Source: Raillietiella orientalis
Lineage: Eukaryota
NCBI GenBank assembly: GCA_036172245.1
Contig: JAYWIR010000030.1
Coordinates: forward strand, 1,488,001-1,552,000
Length of the DNA stretch: 64,000 nt
Reading direction: 5' to 3'
In this document: positions 51,426-64,000 of the stretch, in pieces
How positions within the stretch are numbered: the stretch's first letter is position 1
Layout of the letters: every line of letters starts with the position of its first letter
The notes under the pieces: generated by a model
What the model was told of the DNA's origin: nothing
Seen by the model: only the letters and a program-made list of their open reading frames with translations
The model's database searches: none
Position numbers and translations under genes: made by a program

Positions 51426-54400
51426 CCCTGGTTGCGCTTTTCTTTGGCACCTCCCCCTGTGCTTCCGATCCCCATCCCTTCCTAGCCCCCGCATTCCAGC
51501 TCCGAACGCAGAGATCAAAAAGGCAGGCAGCGTATCCAAATCGCCGAGATGCCTCAATCAGCGAATTGCCAGCTGTTGACAAATGGGAATTCGTCAAAAC
51601 AGCGCGTCAGCAATGAAGGCAGGGTGGTTCGTGAGCGAGCGGTGGGTGCGGAATGGGCCGCTGGGCTTTCTTAACCGTGCATCGATGGGATATTTTCTAT
51701 TTCTGGGATAGCGTGCTTCGTAGAGTGGGGTGCCCCGCGAAGCTTTCGTGGAAGGACACCAGCACGCGTCCACAACTCCTTTCTGCTCGTTTTTCAAGGA
51801 GCAGCGCGTTTTCATTTCCCCTCCTCGAAAGTCTCCGAGCATCACTGAAATTCCTTTTGCTGCGGTTACCCTGAAATCGCATCACGTGCCGAGCTGCATC
51901 ACGTTGCCGTTACCATGCAGCATTTTTCTTTCAGGCACTGTGTGTCACCCGGATGAGGAATGCCATGGGATGCACTCATCGCACCATTCGGATGGAGCGG
52001 TGCATTCCATCTCACAAGTGTCTCCCTTAATCTGGTCCCTTGTGAATGCTGCATTTCTGACGGTGCGCATACGTCGGCTCTTCTTCTCAACTTGCTGTCA
52101 TCACAGTCCGTTCGCCTTCTACTGAAAGACATCCTCCTCCTTCCGGAGGCACTTTGCATATTTTCGACAACTTGCTTTTGATGCGGAAGAGATCCAAAGG
52201 CAAGCAGTTGACAAAATGCGGACTTTCTTGCATCTCACTGGTGAGACAACACCTGTGGATCTTCCTGCAGCTTTCGAAACCCTGGAATAATCCTCAGTGT
52301 TTGTGTTTATCTTTGTCCGTAGCAGAAAAGCATTCTCAGAGAGAAAATGATGAACAAAGAGAGCCACATGCTTTCTTGAACGTGGAAGCAAATCCCCTCT
52401 CGAGCTGAAGCACGAAGACTTTGTCAGCAGGACAACACCTGAAATCTCATCCTGATCGTTACTTCCAGTACGATATGCGCTGGATGAGGTGTTCCTTGAT
52501 TTGGAGTCGCGTTACAAGGCACAAGCTGCACATTCCGGGGATTCTCGAGGTTGTCAGGGAGGCGGAGGAATCATTCGAAAAGTGGGATTCCACTCGAATC
52601 GCGCTCCCCATTTTTGAGAAACGATTTTTTGCCAGCGCTTGCAACACGAAAAGCTGCAAGCGCCAGAATCACAGGGAATCTGCCCCCTCTTCATGAGGAA
52701 AGGGGGGTCGCCATGTCGAGCGCACTTTTCCAAACAAAATCCACTCTGTCTACTGGGAAGAGAGGAAGCAGGAATGCTTTATTCGATCCCCACTGGGGAT
52801 GAATGCGATGGACCTGAATGAGTGGGTTCGAATGGGCCCATCCCAATTAGGAGAACTTCCTCTCCTTCTCAAACTGCGAATCTGCACAAAAACAAAGCCT
52901 TTATTCAAATCCATGAAGGCAAAGAAATTAGTTTTTACTGGTATATTTTGGATAGAATTCTAACCAGCAGTAGCTATCTTTGTAGAAGGCGCAAAAAACA
53001 CTGAATGGTGTTTGCACCGTAAAGGTGTCGGGATCATCTGTATTGGACCTGAGATGAATTTTTGGTGAAAAGGTGATGTTGGATTCGCAGTTTGATGCAG
53101 ACACGTTAGAAATTCATTTTGTTTTCGATGTTTGAATTCTATCAACGCACGAAATCACTCCGTGAGGTAGATTTCTGCTTGAGCTACAGAGTTGCTTTTG
53201 TAATTCTGCGGAAGCCACAGACACAAAGAAATTGCTGGTGGCTTGGATCTATAACCGCCAGCGTGCGAGAAGATTCAGCATCTTTCGAAAAAGATGGCAG
53301 AGGTCGAGCAGATTTTTCACCATTGAGTATGGGAGGGAAGGTCGGGTCGGTGACGCTCGAGATGCGCAGCCTTTCTGAAAATGCGCGCATCCACATCCTC
53401 TCTTTCTTCCGGATGTGAATGGGACAGAAAGCCGCGATTTCGGTTACGTGCGCGTATGTCAAGGAGCATCGGCTGTTGCCGGACGCGAGGAAGAAAAGTG
53501 GATGCTGCCGTGCCGAAACGTGCAAGCCACTTACGTGACTTTGTTCGAAATAGTGCAGTCGCATTTCTTCACATGTTGGGTAATCTCAACAACTACTTTT
53601 TCGGAGTCTCCTGAAAAACTCTTGAGAGAAAAAAATGTTTTTTCAAAGTGCTTTCATACAATACCTTGGCACTAATTTTGCACTTTTGGTTAGTTTCGAG
53701 TGGTTGCAAATCTGGCCCCCATCCCAACTTGCACACATCTAGATCTGAATATGCAGGCTCAAGTGCTACTACGCAAGGTCCACTGAAGTTCCCGAATACC
53801 AAGTCTGCTCCGAACTGGCGCGATTTTATCGCACTTCCGGTGTACACGGCACTCGTGAGCGAGAGGACCACAGCAAGGAGCCCCTGGAAGAACAGAATTA
53901 GCATACTTTGGCAGTCTGTCAAATGGAAGGAAGAATTGCGACCCAGGACAGCGAGGGCAACTAACATTGGAGCCATTCTCATTAGCTGTTATCTCATCTT
54001 TCTCGATTGCATGGATCCCGGAGAAGAAGAAGAAAAACGACAATCGCAAGCATTACGATAGCGTGACTTGGCTTCCATCACACGTAAGAAAACGGTGGGA
54101 TGCTTAGCGATTTCCTCTCGGTCGAATCTTTGTCGCCGTCCTGAGTAAATTTGGGATTCCCATGCCAAACACTCAGTTCCAGCAGCTTAATCCTAGAACT
54201 GCAGTATTCTTCTCTCTCAAGTTTGACGTGTTTCTCTCGTATCGCCCTCAAATCGGAGTTGAAGTGCTTCGAGCGGCAATAGTAGCGGGCCTACTGCAAA
54301 GAACGATTAATCCTACTGCTCTGCAAAGAGGACGGCGGATTTGCCAGTCGGATTCATCTGCTACGAACTTCAAGAACGAAAGCCGTTATCGTGTGCGACA

Positions 54401-57400
54401 CCGCCGTGTTGCATACGGTGTTCTCAAAGCGAGGCAGAGACCGTCCGCAGACTCAGATGCATTCTCCTTGCTCTACCATGGCACCGAAACGTTCATGGGA
54501 TGCTTTCAAACGAGTCCTCGATATCGGATGTTTCTCTAAATTACAGATGTGCTTTCCACCATGCCAAAAAAGGGCGATTTCCTTATTTATCTCGAAGAAC
54601 TCGTCCCTGGAAACTCGAGGTAGCATTCGATTCCCTCCATGGTTGTGTGAAGAGCGCTTGCAGCTCCGCAATACAGAACTGGACATCGGATGAGTCGGCA
54701 AAGAGCGTCGGCGTATCGCCTTCCATTCTCTCGAGAATGGTCGGCCTCGCAAAACCGCACCGATAGAAGGGGTCTCACAGCATCTACGAAAGGCGTACTG
54801 CCTAGCAGGAGAGAGGCGCTACCGCAAGACGGCTTCCTTACCATTTGAATCTTTGGAAACATCATGCTGCGTCGCTTGGTGATGGAACCGCAGGTTTCAC
54901 TAAAGGGTTGTAGGCAGAAGACGAACTGGTACCTGGCGGGTTACGGACGAGGGCTTAACACAGATTTCTCTTTGCACACAGGTGTTCAACCCACTAGTTG
55001 CAAAGGCAAAGGCAGCATGTTCTATTTTTTAATCTGTAAACAACTAATCATCTTTGGTCAACACTTGAGCGAAGAATACACAACACCTTATGAATAACAA
55101 CAACATTTCTGTCTGTTTTTAATGGAGTTTTTCTTTAACAGTGTCTGCTGCTTCGTATTTAGTTTAGGCAATCCTGATGGATTCGAAGATCACCCTTCCA
55201 TGAAGATGTGGGAAAATTCTTCGAGCCACGTCAAGCTCGAAAAGGGGTGCTGCTGATGCTTCAGACGGGAAGAAAACGTACACTGAGCAATGCATCCTCA
55301 GCAATGCACGTCGTTTTCGGGTGTCTGCACGAATGCTTCATTTTCAGAATCAACGTCCCTGCTAATGTTAATAGTTCCCTCTTATTTTAGGAGCCCTCTC
55401 ATCGAATTTCGCTTCTTCTTCTGAACACGGAAGCTCACCGTATAGGTGTTTTCCGTTGTTAAAAAATCGCCCTTCCTGAAAACCCATACCAGCAATTCCA
55501 TGTTTCCATGGTTTGCAAAAAGAAGGTCGTGCGCAATTTGGTCTCCGCAGACACTCACGTGACCTCGCCGAAAGACCACCCTTTCTCCTTTGCTTGCTTC
55601 GATACCCATCAACAGACGAGAGACGCGCTGCTTCGCTTCTGCCGATGTTCTCTTCGTGCCATCCCAAGTGAGGAAGAGTTGTGTGGGCGTTGGCGAAAAT
55701 CGGACATCTCGAATTCCCGCTTCTCTTGAACGTATATGCACCCGCACTTAGCAGCGTTTGCTTCCGATTCCGCTTTCCAAAGACGCCATCCGTGATTTCG
55801 AATAACCAGTGAATCGTATTTTGCAACTTGAGTTTTGGAGTCCCCATGCGATACCTACTGCCTAGGATGCTCTTCTGGAATGGCTCGCAGTTCCTAGGAA
55901 AGTGCATCCTTTTATAATTTTTTTTGAAAAAAAAAAACAGATTCAGCTCTTGCAAACATCAGGTGGATGCTGAAGATGCCCTCATGCCTATGGAAACTGA
56001 ATTCGTGTTCCCACAGTTGCCGAGTTTTTGCACTCTACATTTCAGGAGAGAAACAACCTTGAGCACCAACGATGTTGTTGTACACTGATGACTGCTGCAG
56101 CGTGCTGCTGAGGTCCAACTGACTTGAGCTCAAATTGATTTCCCACGTGCCGTACGGACTGCTGGAATGCTAATGCCCTCAGTGTGCAGTGTTGGCACAC
56201 TGAGATCACTAGCGATTGCGCACGTGCAATGTTTGCACGGGTCCACTGAGCTGCTGCTTGAAAGACTCGGAACAGCTGCGACGCGAGGACTGGTTACGAG
56301 GAATCGCAATTGGTCCAAATTCCATTAGGAGGCAAAATGCGACTGTGGGGCAACAGCTACCTGCATCTGGAACACAAGACACGGTCAGCAGGTTAAACAG
56401 ATTTTCGGGAAGAGCGCAGAGTGTGAACGGAAGGGAAAAAAGGCGCGCTGATTGCGAGCAAGTGGGATCAAGGAGTGAAACGAATTGCCTATTGCGAGTG
56501 GACTGCAATTAGGACGATGTGTGCAAACCCTGAGGCACTGTTGCGTTTAGGGAGCATTCGTTTCGCCTTTCTCGAGCAAGGGTTGCTATGACGTGGAAAC
56601 GCAGGGACGAGCAATCGGAAAGCTCACGTATGTTCTGTACAGACGCACGACGGGTTGGCAGGAGAAGGATGGATTGCAGGAATTTTGAAATGCATTGCAG
56701 TCGAGAGAGTAATCGACGTGCGTCAGAAAATATATTGAAATACAATTTAAATGTGTTTTCCTTCCACGCATGGTAAGAAGAAGGTTAGCAATGGAATTTG
56801 ACGAAACCAACGTCCGGGTCGTGGTTTTCGCGGTTGGTTGGGAATCTTCTGCCATCGAAGTGGCCTCATGAATGAGGGAAACGGGGCGGGAAGCTGCCTG
56901 GTGCTTTCTCATGGTGCTTCCAGTGAAGATTCCCCGGATGCATTCGTTTGGTCGCTGGATGATTGAGCGCCTTGGGAGTTGCCTTGGGAGACGGGGAAAA
57001 CTGTTCTGCCAATTTACCCTGAAAAGTGGACGGCTGGGATAACAACGCTTGCTCTATGAGGGAAATCTGTACAGGTGCTGTGTGAGGCGGGAGGAACATT
57101 TTCCTAAGAAGGCGTTTCTTTTATGGTAAGATTTTAAAGATCGAGGTTCCCTGCTGGCAACTTCCCTGTTGTTCTTTGACAGAAGATGTGGGATCCGAAG
57201 AGGTCGCACGGCGTTTGCCGCACACCAACCTCACGCAACCCCGAAAAAAGCTTTCATTCCCTCTCGTAAAACAATGAAAGCTGCTAAGTTTGCTGTGTAC
57301 TGCATCATGCGGCGGAGTGTTTTTTTTTTTTCAGGAATAAGGAGTGCGCACACTCTGCGGTGTTTGCAGCAGCATTCGATGCACTGAAAAGAGTTCGCGG

Positions 57401-60400
57401 AGACTTTAAGTGCCCTGTGCACTCGTGGTGCCACGAATGCACAGCGTTCCTTCCTATTCTAACGATTGCCGTCCCTTCCTTGGCATCTGCCAGTTTCATC
57501 ATTGACCTGAGGTTTTCAGCAAGAATTCACTTACGAAACAAATCACTTATACCGGTGATCCAGCATCTTCCTTCGGAAAGAGCACTTTTCAATCAGTCAC
57601 GAATTCAGTATAGCTCTGGGCGTTGCAAGGATGAACTGGTAACGAAAAGTTATAATACAAGGAGAGCCGTTGTGCAGTGAACGTACACCGATGCTCTGTT
57701 TTGTTTTGTTTTCCGTCAGTGATTTCACCGTCATGAATCTTCAAAGGGCTCATCCGGAACGAGAAGCTGAGATTGTTGCATGACGGATTCGTCACGGGAA
57801 ATGATACCACGGTTGATCCCTCGAGCTCGTGCACGTTCGTTCTGTGATTAAATGAGTAGGTTGAGTAGTTACTATGCATCACTGACTCTCCATGCTGTCG
57901 ACCAAGTTGGTAAAACAAACGGCACCGCTGGCGCATTGTAACGCCAATGCGGTGCAATCTTGTACGGGAGCAATCCGAAGAAGGCATCATGCCTCCGAGG
58001 TGGCCGTAATCCTAGGACTTGTGATGTCCCTGTACACAGTTCGTCACCAGGATGCCAGTGTTCCTTTTCACGTTGCCTTTGTCTTCCACGTTCGCTTTCC
58101 CTAAACCGCCTTCTTCCGCACTTTTGCAAGGTTTGCTGCTCTGAGGTCCTTCTGCAAATTTACAGCGCTGCTGGCATTTTGCATCGGTTTTCGTAGACTG
58201 TGGTCCAGATAAAGGGTAAGACTGCATTCACCCGGAAACTGCCACAATACTCAATCTGCGCGTTGGGAATGAATTCGCAATTCCTGCATTCACGTACGCA
58301 AAAGGAAACTTTCATGAATAGTGCGTGCCTGCCCAGAAGCAAGCAGTTACCTTTCCAGACGGAGAGTGTGTGTGTGTATCCATGGAATAGATTTGTTTTC
58401 GCTCCATCGACAGGATTGAGTTGTGGTCAGAGGAGGTTGCGACCGCGGTTTCTGCAAGTTTGTGACTTTTACCATTTCTTATCCATCTTCTTCAAAGTGA
58501 GACAACGTTGATCCCTGCGATGGTGTGATGGAGAAGAAGGGAAATGACATCCTGAAAATTGAAGGAGTTTTGTGACTTCAGCAGACAACCACCACGAGTG
58601 ATTTACGTTAAGATTGCACTTTCTTGGTGTTCCGTCAGGGGACTTCCGCGCCGCAGAAGAGTGGTGCGACCGTCTCCAAAAGGTGGAGTTGGCGATCGGC
58701 ACGTTCGACAACGGCAAGTTTTACTTGTAGGAATACGGGCCGCGGTGTGGAACGCTTTTTCGGACCCCCCTCCCCTTCGCCCCTACTTTTTGTTCGCCTC
58801 GCCCCAGCACAGATAAAGACAAGGACGCGGGTCCTGCTAAGAGAAGCCCTTTGGGGCAATCAGAGTTTCCGCGCCCGGCTTGACGACTTGTGCTCTCCGC
58901 GCAAGGACAGTGGACTCGGTCTCCTTACGATGTAGCGCATGGAGCGCCAGCTCCAAATGTGCAAACTCGCCCTTCTGGACTGCGCCGTGGTGCATCTCGA
59001 CACGTCTCCTCGCCAATAGAACAATCAACTACAACGGATTGACCTCAATCCTTGTTGCTGACGAACGCAGCCTAAACCATGCGCGACGTGGTTTCTCTGG
59101 TGAGGGATAATACCTGGATCTCCTGTGTCCCCGCGAACTGCACCACCTGGTTTCAGTAGTCCGTTTCCGCGTGGTCAAAGATCAACGGCTCGAGCGATGT
59201 GGACTTCTCTTGGCTTCGTAGAGGCAGGTGCTCTGGTCATTGCCTACGGGAGATCGCTACCAACCCGCAAAAACTCCTCAACCCCCTTCGCCCCCTTGCT
59301 GACTAACGGACTTGTGTGCTGGGGCGAGCTACTCGGCATACCTCCGGAGGAGGTGAAGTGGCTCCCAACGCATTGGCACAATGGCACTCTCCCCCTAGAA
59401 TGGCAAGAGACGGCGCTGCCAGCGCTCCATTGGGAACTGCTGTGCAGAGCACGTTTCTTCCACTAGACATCAGGGAGTGTGGATGCCAATTGTGCAGGGT
59501 GAGGGGAAAGGGAAACCTTCCACCATCTACTTTTCGAGTGTGTCGCCCTTCTCCCCATGCGGGATCGACTCTCGTCGATTGTGAACATTCCGGTGGGCGA
59601 CACGAAAGACATTTTCCGTCGCCTCCTGATGTGGAACGCCCTGCCAGCAGCCGCGTGTGCTGCAGAGAGCTGCTGCGTACACGGAATACTGGAGAATTGG
59701 AATGCATCGAGAAGAGGTCATCGGAGCCGGAATGCCATCCATTGAGCAGTCCTCCACATGGAGAAGGCATGCCCGTGGAGCCGGTTACGGACAGTTCAAC
59801 CGACACTTGCCCGTATCCGAAACCGGATGCAGAGGACTCCTCCAGGCGAATTGTGATCCCGTCCCATTCCTCCCCACCCCAGTAAACTTTGTCGCTCCAG
59901 GCGTTTTAGTTTTTTTTTTTTTTTTTCTCTCTCTCTCTTTTTTCGGTTTTCTCGCCCCCTTCGCCTGTGGGGAGGACCTCATCGGCCTGCGGGTCAGAAA
60001 GGACAAGTGCAAAAGGACCGCTAGAATCATGTATTCTCACTGAAGCAATGCACAAAAGACTAGAATTAATTTTAACGTATCATGTTGTATTTTAAAAATA
60101 ATAGCCCCGTTTTATCCGGGTGCACTACTTTTAACACCTTACGAAGTCATCAAATTATCCGGTGAGAACAAGCAGCTAGTGTATTGGTAGATGTACGGAC
60201 GAATAAATGCTAATATCTTCGTTGCCTTTCAGAGGAGTCTCAGATCTTCCAAGAAATGATTCCATCCATCTCGCCAATGGGAGGTGGAAGAGGCACGGTT
60301 GCTCAGATACGACTCATGAGCGCACTGCTGGTTGTCTTGTGTCTTCCGAATGGGATTCATCCTGCAGTTTGAGGGATCCGAGCTTTGACGGCCTTTTCTG

Positions 60401-61756
60401 TGAAGGTGTTTCGGCCTCAAGTAAGCGAATCTGATCTTTCATCCTCCTCTTTTCATACAGCTGCAGTTACTTTGCGTCTCCAGTCCTTCCTCTGTAAAGA
60501 AAGCTGTCTTACGAATTGGGAAAAGAATCGCCCACTTGGAACAAGAGCAGCTCTGCCGCTTGATGTTTCAGGAGAAGCAACGAGATGCTTGGATACCGGT
60601 AGCAGCATTACTTCGGGCGTTTCCAAATATCTTGGCTGCTTTGTGCGTCACCTTTTTGCGGGAACGACCACTATGTTTTTTGTGGGAACAGTCGGAAACG
60701 GTGTAACGAGTCCGTAACCTACTTGGATGCTTGCACTCGTCCTTAGTTTTCCGGGAGAACGCTTTACTCAGGTGCTTAGACTTTTGGTTTTCGTGCAATC
60801 CAGTCCTGCTACGGAGGTTGTCTTCTCGCTGTCGCAGACGCATGGGAAATCCGTGACGAAACAGCCTCCGTTGAGTTTTCCTCGCTCTTTTGATTTCATA
60901 CGCTGTCTGTGAACTGTCTCCGAAAAGCAGGGCGAAACTGAGCAGAGGAAAGCAAGGAACGGTGATTGGAAAGTGCATGCGTGAATTTTTTCTCGGGGAT
61001 CACAGACGAAAAGGAGAACTGAGATCGGCATATCAGAAAATTTTGTCCACTGTAGCCTGGACAGAAAGGCTGAACGTGGAGAGCTCTTGTGGACAAACCA
61101 GGAATGCCTTCAGAGCATCCCAACGCTACTAACCGTGAAGTTTTCTGTCCACTATTCGCATCGTACAAAGAAGGATTCCTAGCGTTGCTGCCTGGCTGCC
61201 GATACAGGATGCGGGGGGAATTCTGCTTCCTGCTCCGACAACTTGCCTCGATCCTGGAAGACTACTCTTGGTTTTCCCACCGCCCAATAACTTGGAATCC
61301 TGGAGTCTGGAGTTGCGATTACATCTGCCATCGGTCCACTTCCATACGCTCCCTCCACAAGCTTCCACCGGGAGAAATTCCCGCAAGATTCGAAGAAGTC
61401 TGTCCGTCTGGCCGCCACACCCCTTGCCGCAGAGCATTCTGCCCTGAGGTGAAATAACGATGGTTGCCTATCGGCAAGATAGCCCATCTTCTGCTCGCTT
61501 GCAGGACGGACCAAACTCCGAGGAGGCTGGAAGCCGAGTGAGCTGATGGAGACCGGCATTCCATATCGTAGGAAGGGACCATTTCGGTGGATCGGACCTT
61601 TGAATGCGTCCCCCGAAGGAAATCTCTAGCCCTCCTCCGTGCGTAAACACTTCCTCGTTCCCCCTGAAGGGGAAATGGGGTGTCCTGCTCTTTCTGCACT
61701 GACTTATCCTGCGTCTGGTTTCCAGGGAGTTGAATCCCGAAACTGCTTAAAGTGCG
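51426..61756 (-). repeat. Right arm of the palindrome
   Basis: Reverse complement of 36357-46415. It is about 270 bp longer because of extra sequence at ~53.07-53.36 kb. Confidence 0.98.
53184..53904 (-). CDS. Small secreted Cys-patterned protein, copy B (204 aa; exons 53904-53665, 53620-53535, 53472-53184)
   Basis: Same signal peptide and the same intron positions and lengths as copy A. The mature region is diverged (CVVALEPAYSDLDVCKLGWGP...CKISAK|SFSGDSEKVVVEITQHVKKCDCTISNKV). It has an extra CxC-containing segment, then TAG at 53184. A segment homologous to copy A's C-terminus follows out of frame (about 53100-52928), with AATAAA at 52905-52900. Confidence 0.62.
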
Positions 61757-62929
61757 CGGTGAATGAATCGTTCGCGCACCCGCTACCCTGCAGGACCTTT
61801 GATGGTGGCTGGATTCAGCGCTCCTTGACTCTGAGGACGCTGCTAAGGATTTGCTGCTGCGGCGAGTCTTCACGGAAAGTGGATCTGACTGCAGGCGTTG
61901 TTATCGCGACGACATGCTGCATCTGCGCCATCTCCACGGTCCTCCGTTTGTTTGAGTTTTGGGATTAGCGAAGTGGGGTCCACAAGTGAACGGCTCCGAA
62001 GTGATCTCACATAGAAGAGGAAGTCAAGAAGATCTCCGGCATCCAGAGTTTGGCTACAGAAGGAAGGAACATCCATCTCCGGTGCCTGTTGTTCCCACCC
62101 TCCCTTCATTTTGTTATTCTCTAATTTTCCTTCTCCCACCCGCTCCGGACTCTTCTCGGTTTTGCAGGAAGGAACGATACAAATCAAAAAACCTCGTCTC
62201 TACTATCCTCTATTAATTTATTTCTTTCTTTTCCCCTTCTTACCGTTCCGGACTTTTCGAAATCTCGACCTTCGTGTCAGTGCACCTCCCCCTTGAACTT
62301 CTTTTGTTTCGTAATGATGCTTTTGTTGTTTTGGGAGCAGTTTCTCGAAGTTCTCTGTTTATTTTTATCAAATGAAAGCCTCGGTATCACTGGGTGAAAA
62401 TTTGTTTCCGTCGCACAGTTCGAAACAAATGAGATGTCTCCTCCACAATTGCAGCTCTTCTCTTTCGTAGATTTCTGGACTGAGACGATCGCCTAGGATG
62501 AGTTTGATCACGTGAGTTTCTGAGGGAACGAGAATGCCAAAGTTCAAGATTGGAAACTAAACTTATGCTTTCTTTTAGCATCTCCCATATTCAGAAGCAT
62601 GATTGTATAGTCAGTATGCTTCCTTGACACGGAAGTATTGTATCTATCTCCTGGGGAATTTACTATTAGATTCACATCTCTCTGCAGAATACCTAACCTT
62701 GAAGACTACCCTTTTCGAGATCATGGAATGTGCAAGGCCTTCTAAAATTCGAGGTTATGGGACTTGCTGAAGTTGACTGAGTGTTGATAGAAAGTAAAGA
62801 TATGCAGCTATGGATTCTCTATTTCAGAACGGTAGAAGAGCGAACAAACCTCGCTCCCTTTGTCTGCAGCACCACGCTTTCACGGCTTGAAGGCTTTCGT
62901 TTTTGTGGCTCACACGTGATTGTAGTTCG

Positions 62930-64000
62930 TCTTAGTGAGCAGTAGAGGTATTTGAGGTTCGTTTGAGGATCCGCATTCCAGGACTTCTCCGATGCAGTCT
63001 AAAACCGAGGGACACACCTCGGTTTTGCCCGTGTTCCCAGACAGAGTTCAACCTTCTCTTCCACTTCAAGCTGAATCTCAGGCTGATCGAAAAAAAGGTT
63101 CTGGAAGCTGCATTCCTTATACTGAGTCTCCTAGAATTCGTCCCCTTGGATCTCCTGCCGGCCAAAAGGCTAGAATGTCTGGCGGCAGGAGGCACTGGAT
63201 TCCTGGTGATCACTTTGGAAGTGCGCCCAGAGGAACTTCATCCCCTGAAGCAACTTCTATTCAAACCGCTAGGAGAAACCCTGCAGTATCAGATGCAGTG
63301 GTCCCAGATAGCTGTCCCATCTTTTGCTGCAGCATTGTCTGACCTCAGAGCAAACGATGACAGCCGGAGGGGTGGGAGTTCTCCTGCAACACTACAGGAG
63401 TCAAGAAATTCTTTGGCAGCTTCAGGAAGAGGGAGTTGGTGGACGGCGTCACTCCTCGTTCCCGGGAGAAGGGACTCCTTAGATGTAGCGACGTGCTCGA
63501 TGTGCCCCCCGAAGAACTCGTGGTCCCTCTCCTGTGGACACCTCCGTGTTCCCGCTCCGGTGAAAATGTTGTGCTGTTCCTGCACTGGGATTTCAGTGCA
63601 ATAAGGTCAGAAGCCCGGTTCCCGGGAGAGATGCATTCCCAAACCGTTTGGGGTGCGAGGTGATGGAATCGTTCGCTCATCTGCTGTTGGACTGCAGTGC
63701 CCCCCTGGAGGACACGTGGTGGAGACCAGCCTCGGCTTTCCGCCACCCAGAGGATACCGTTTTGGAATTGCCGCGGCGTTTCTTCACGCAAAGCGGGCTT
63801 ATTGCAGGAGCTGCGATCACATCCAGATGTTGCATCCGCGACATCATCACAGCCCGCTATGTGCTGGAGTCTACGACGCAGCGAGAGGAGGTCGCACACA
63901 TGGCAGCCGCCTTGATGAGGACGGTTGCAAGGTAATTTGTCATCGACAGGAATTCATTGGGGAGATCGCCACAATACAGCTCCAGTTTTAGAAAGAAAGG
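62930..64000 (+). mobile_element. Decayed non-LTR ORF2 C-terminal region, running off the window
   Basis: VPPEEL, LFLHW, ESFAHLLLDC and MAAALMRTVAR motifs are shared with the 48.4-48.9 kb copy. Confidence 0.7.

Overview
Eukaryotic genomic DNA with short canonical GT-AG introns, probably from an invertebrate animal; the taxon cannot be fixed from the sequence. Most of the window is decayed, often nested non-LTR retrotransposons (L1/Tx1-like: RRM + CCHC ORF1; APE endonuclease, YADD reverse transcriptase and C-terminal CCHC in ORF2), with a tRNA-headed SINE-like family and a piggyBac remnant. Two host features stand out. (1) A spliced, secreted mucin-like gene on the minus strand (about 31078 to 23465) with an N-terminal globular region and about 4.6 kb of 156-bp and 147-bp Ser/Thr/Pro/Gly tandem repeats. 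(2) A large palindrome with near-identical ~10 kb arms (about 36357-46415 and 51426-61756) around a 5 kb spacer. The arms differ strongly at only one interior place: the mature-domain exons of a pair of small secreted Cys-patterned genes (44209-44914 on +, 53904 to ~52928 on -). There, two hypervariable blocks are separated by a 174-bp near-identical island. This palindrome-embedded hypervariable gene pair is the best candidate for an undescribed system (diversifying selection against gene conversion, possibly inversion-mediated domain shuffling). An assembly join of two haplotypes must be excluded first. The retroelements also share an unusual 3' end, AATAAA plus a CCCGG/CCGGG hairpin with almost no poly(A), and one copy has a 39-bp target-site duplication. 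All gene models were built by hand and no database searches were run.
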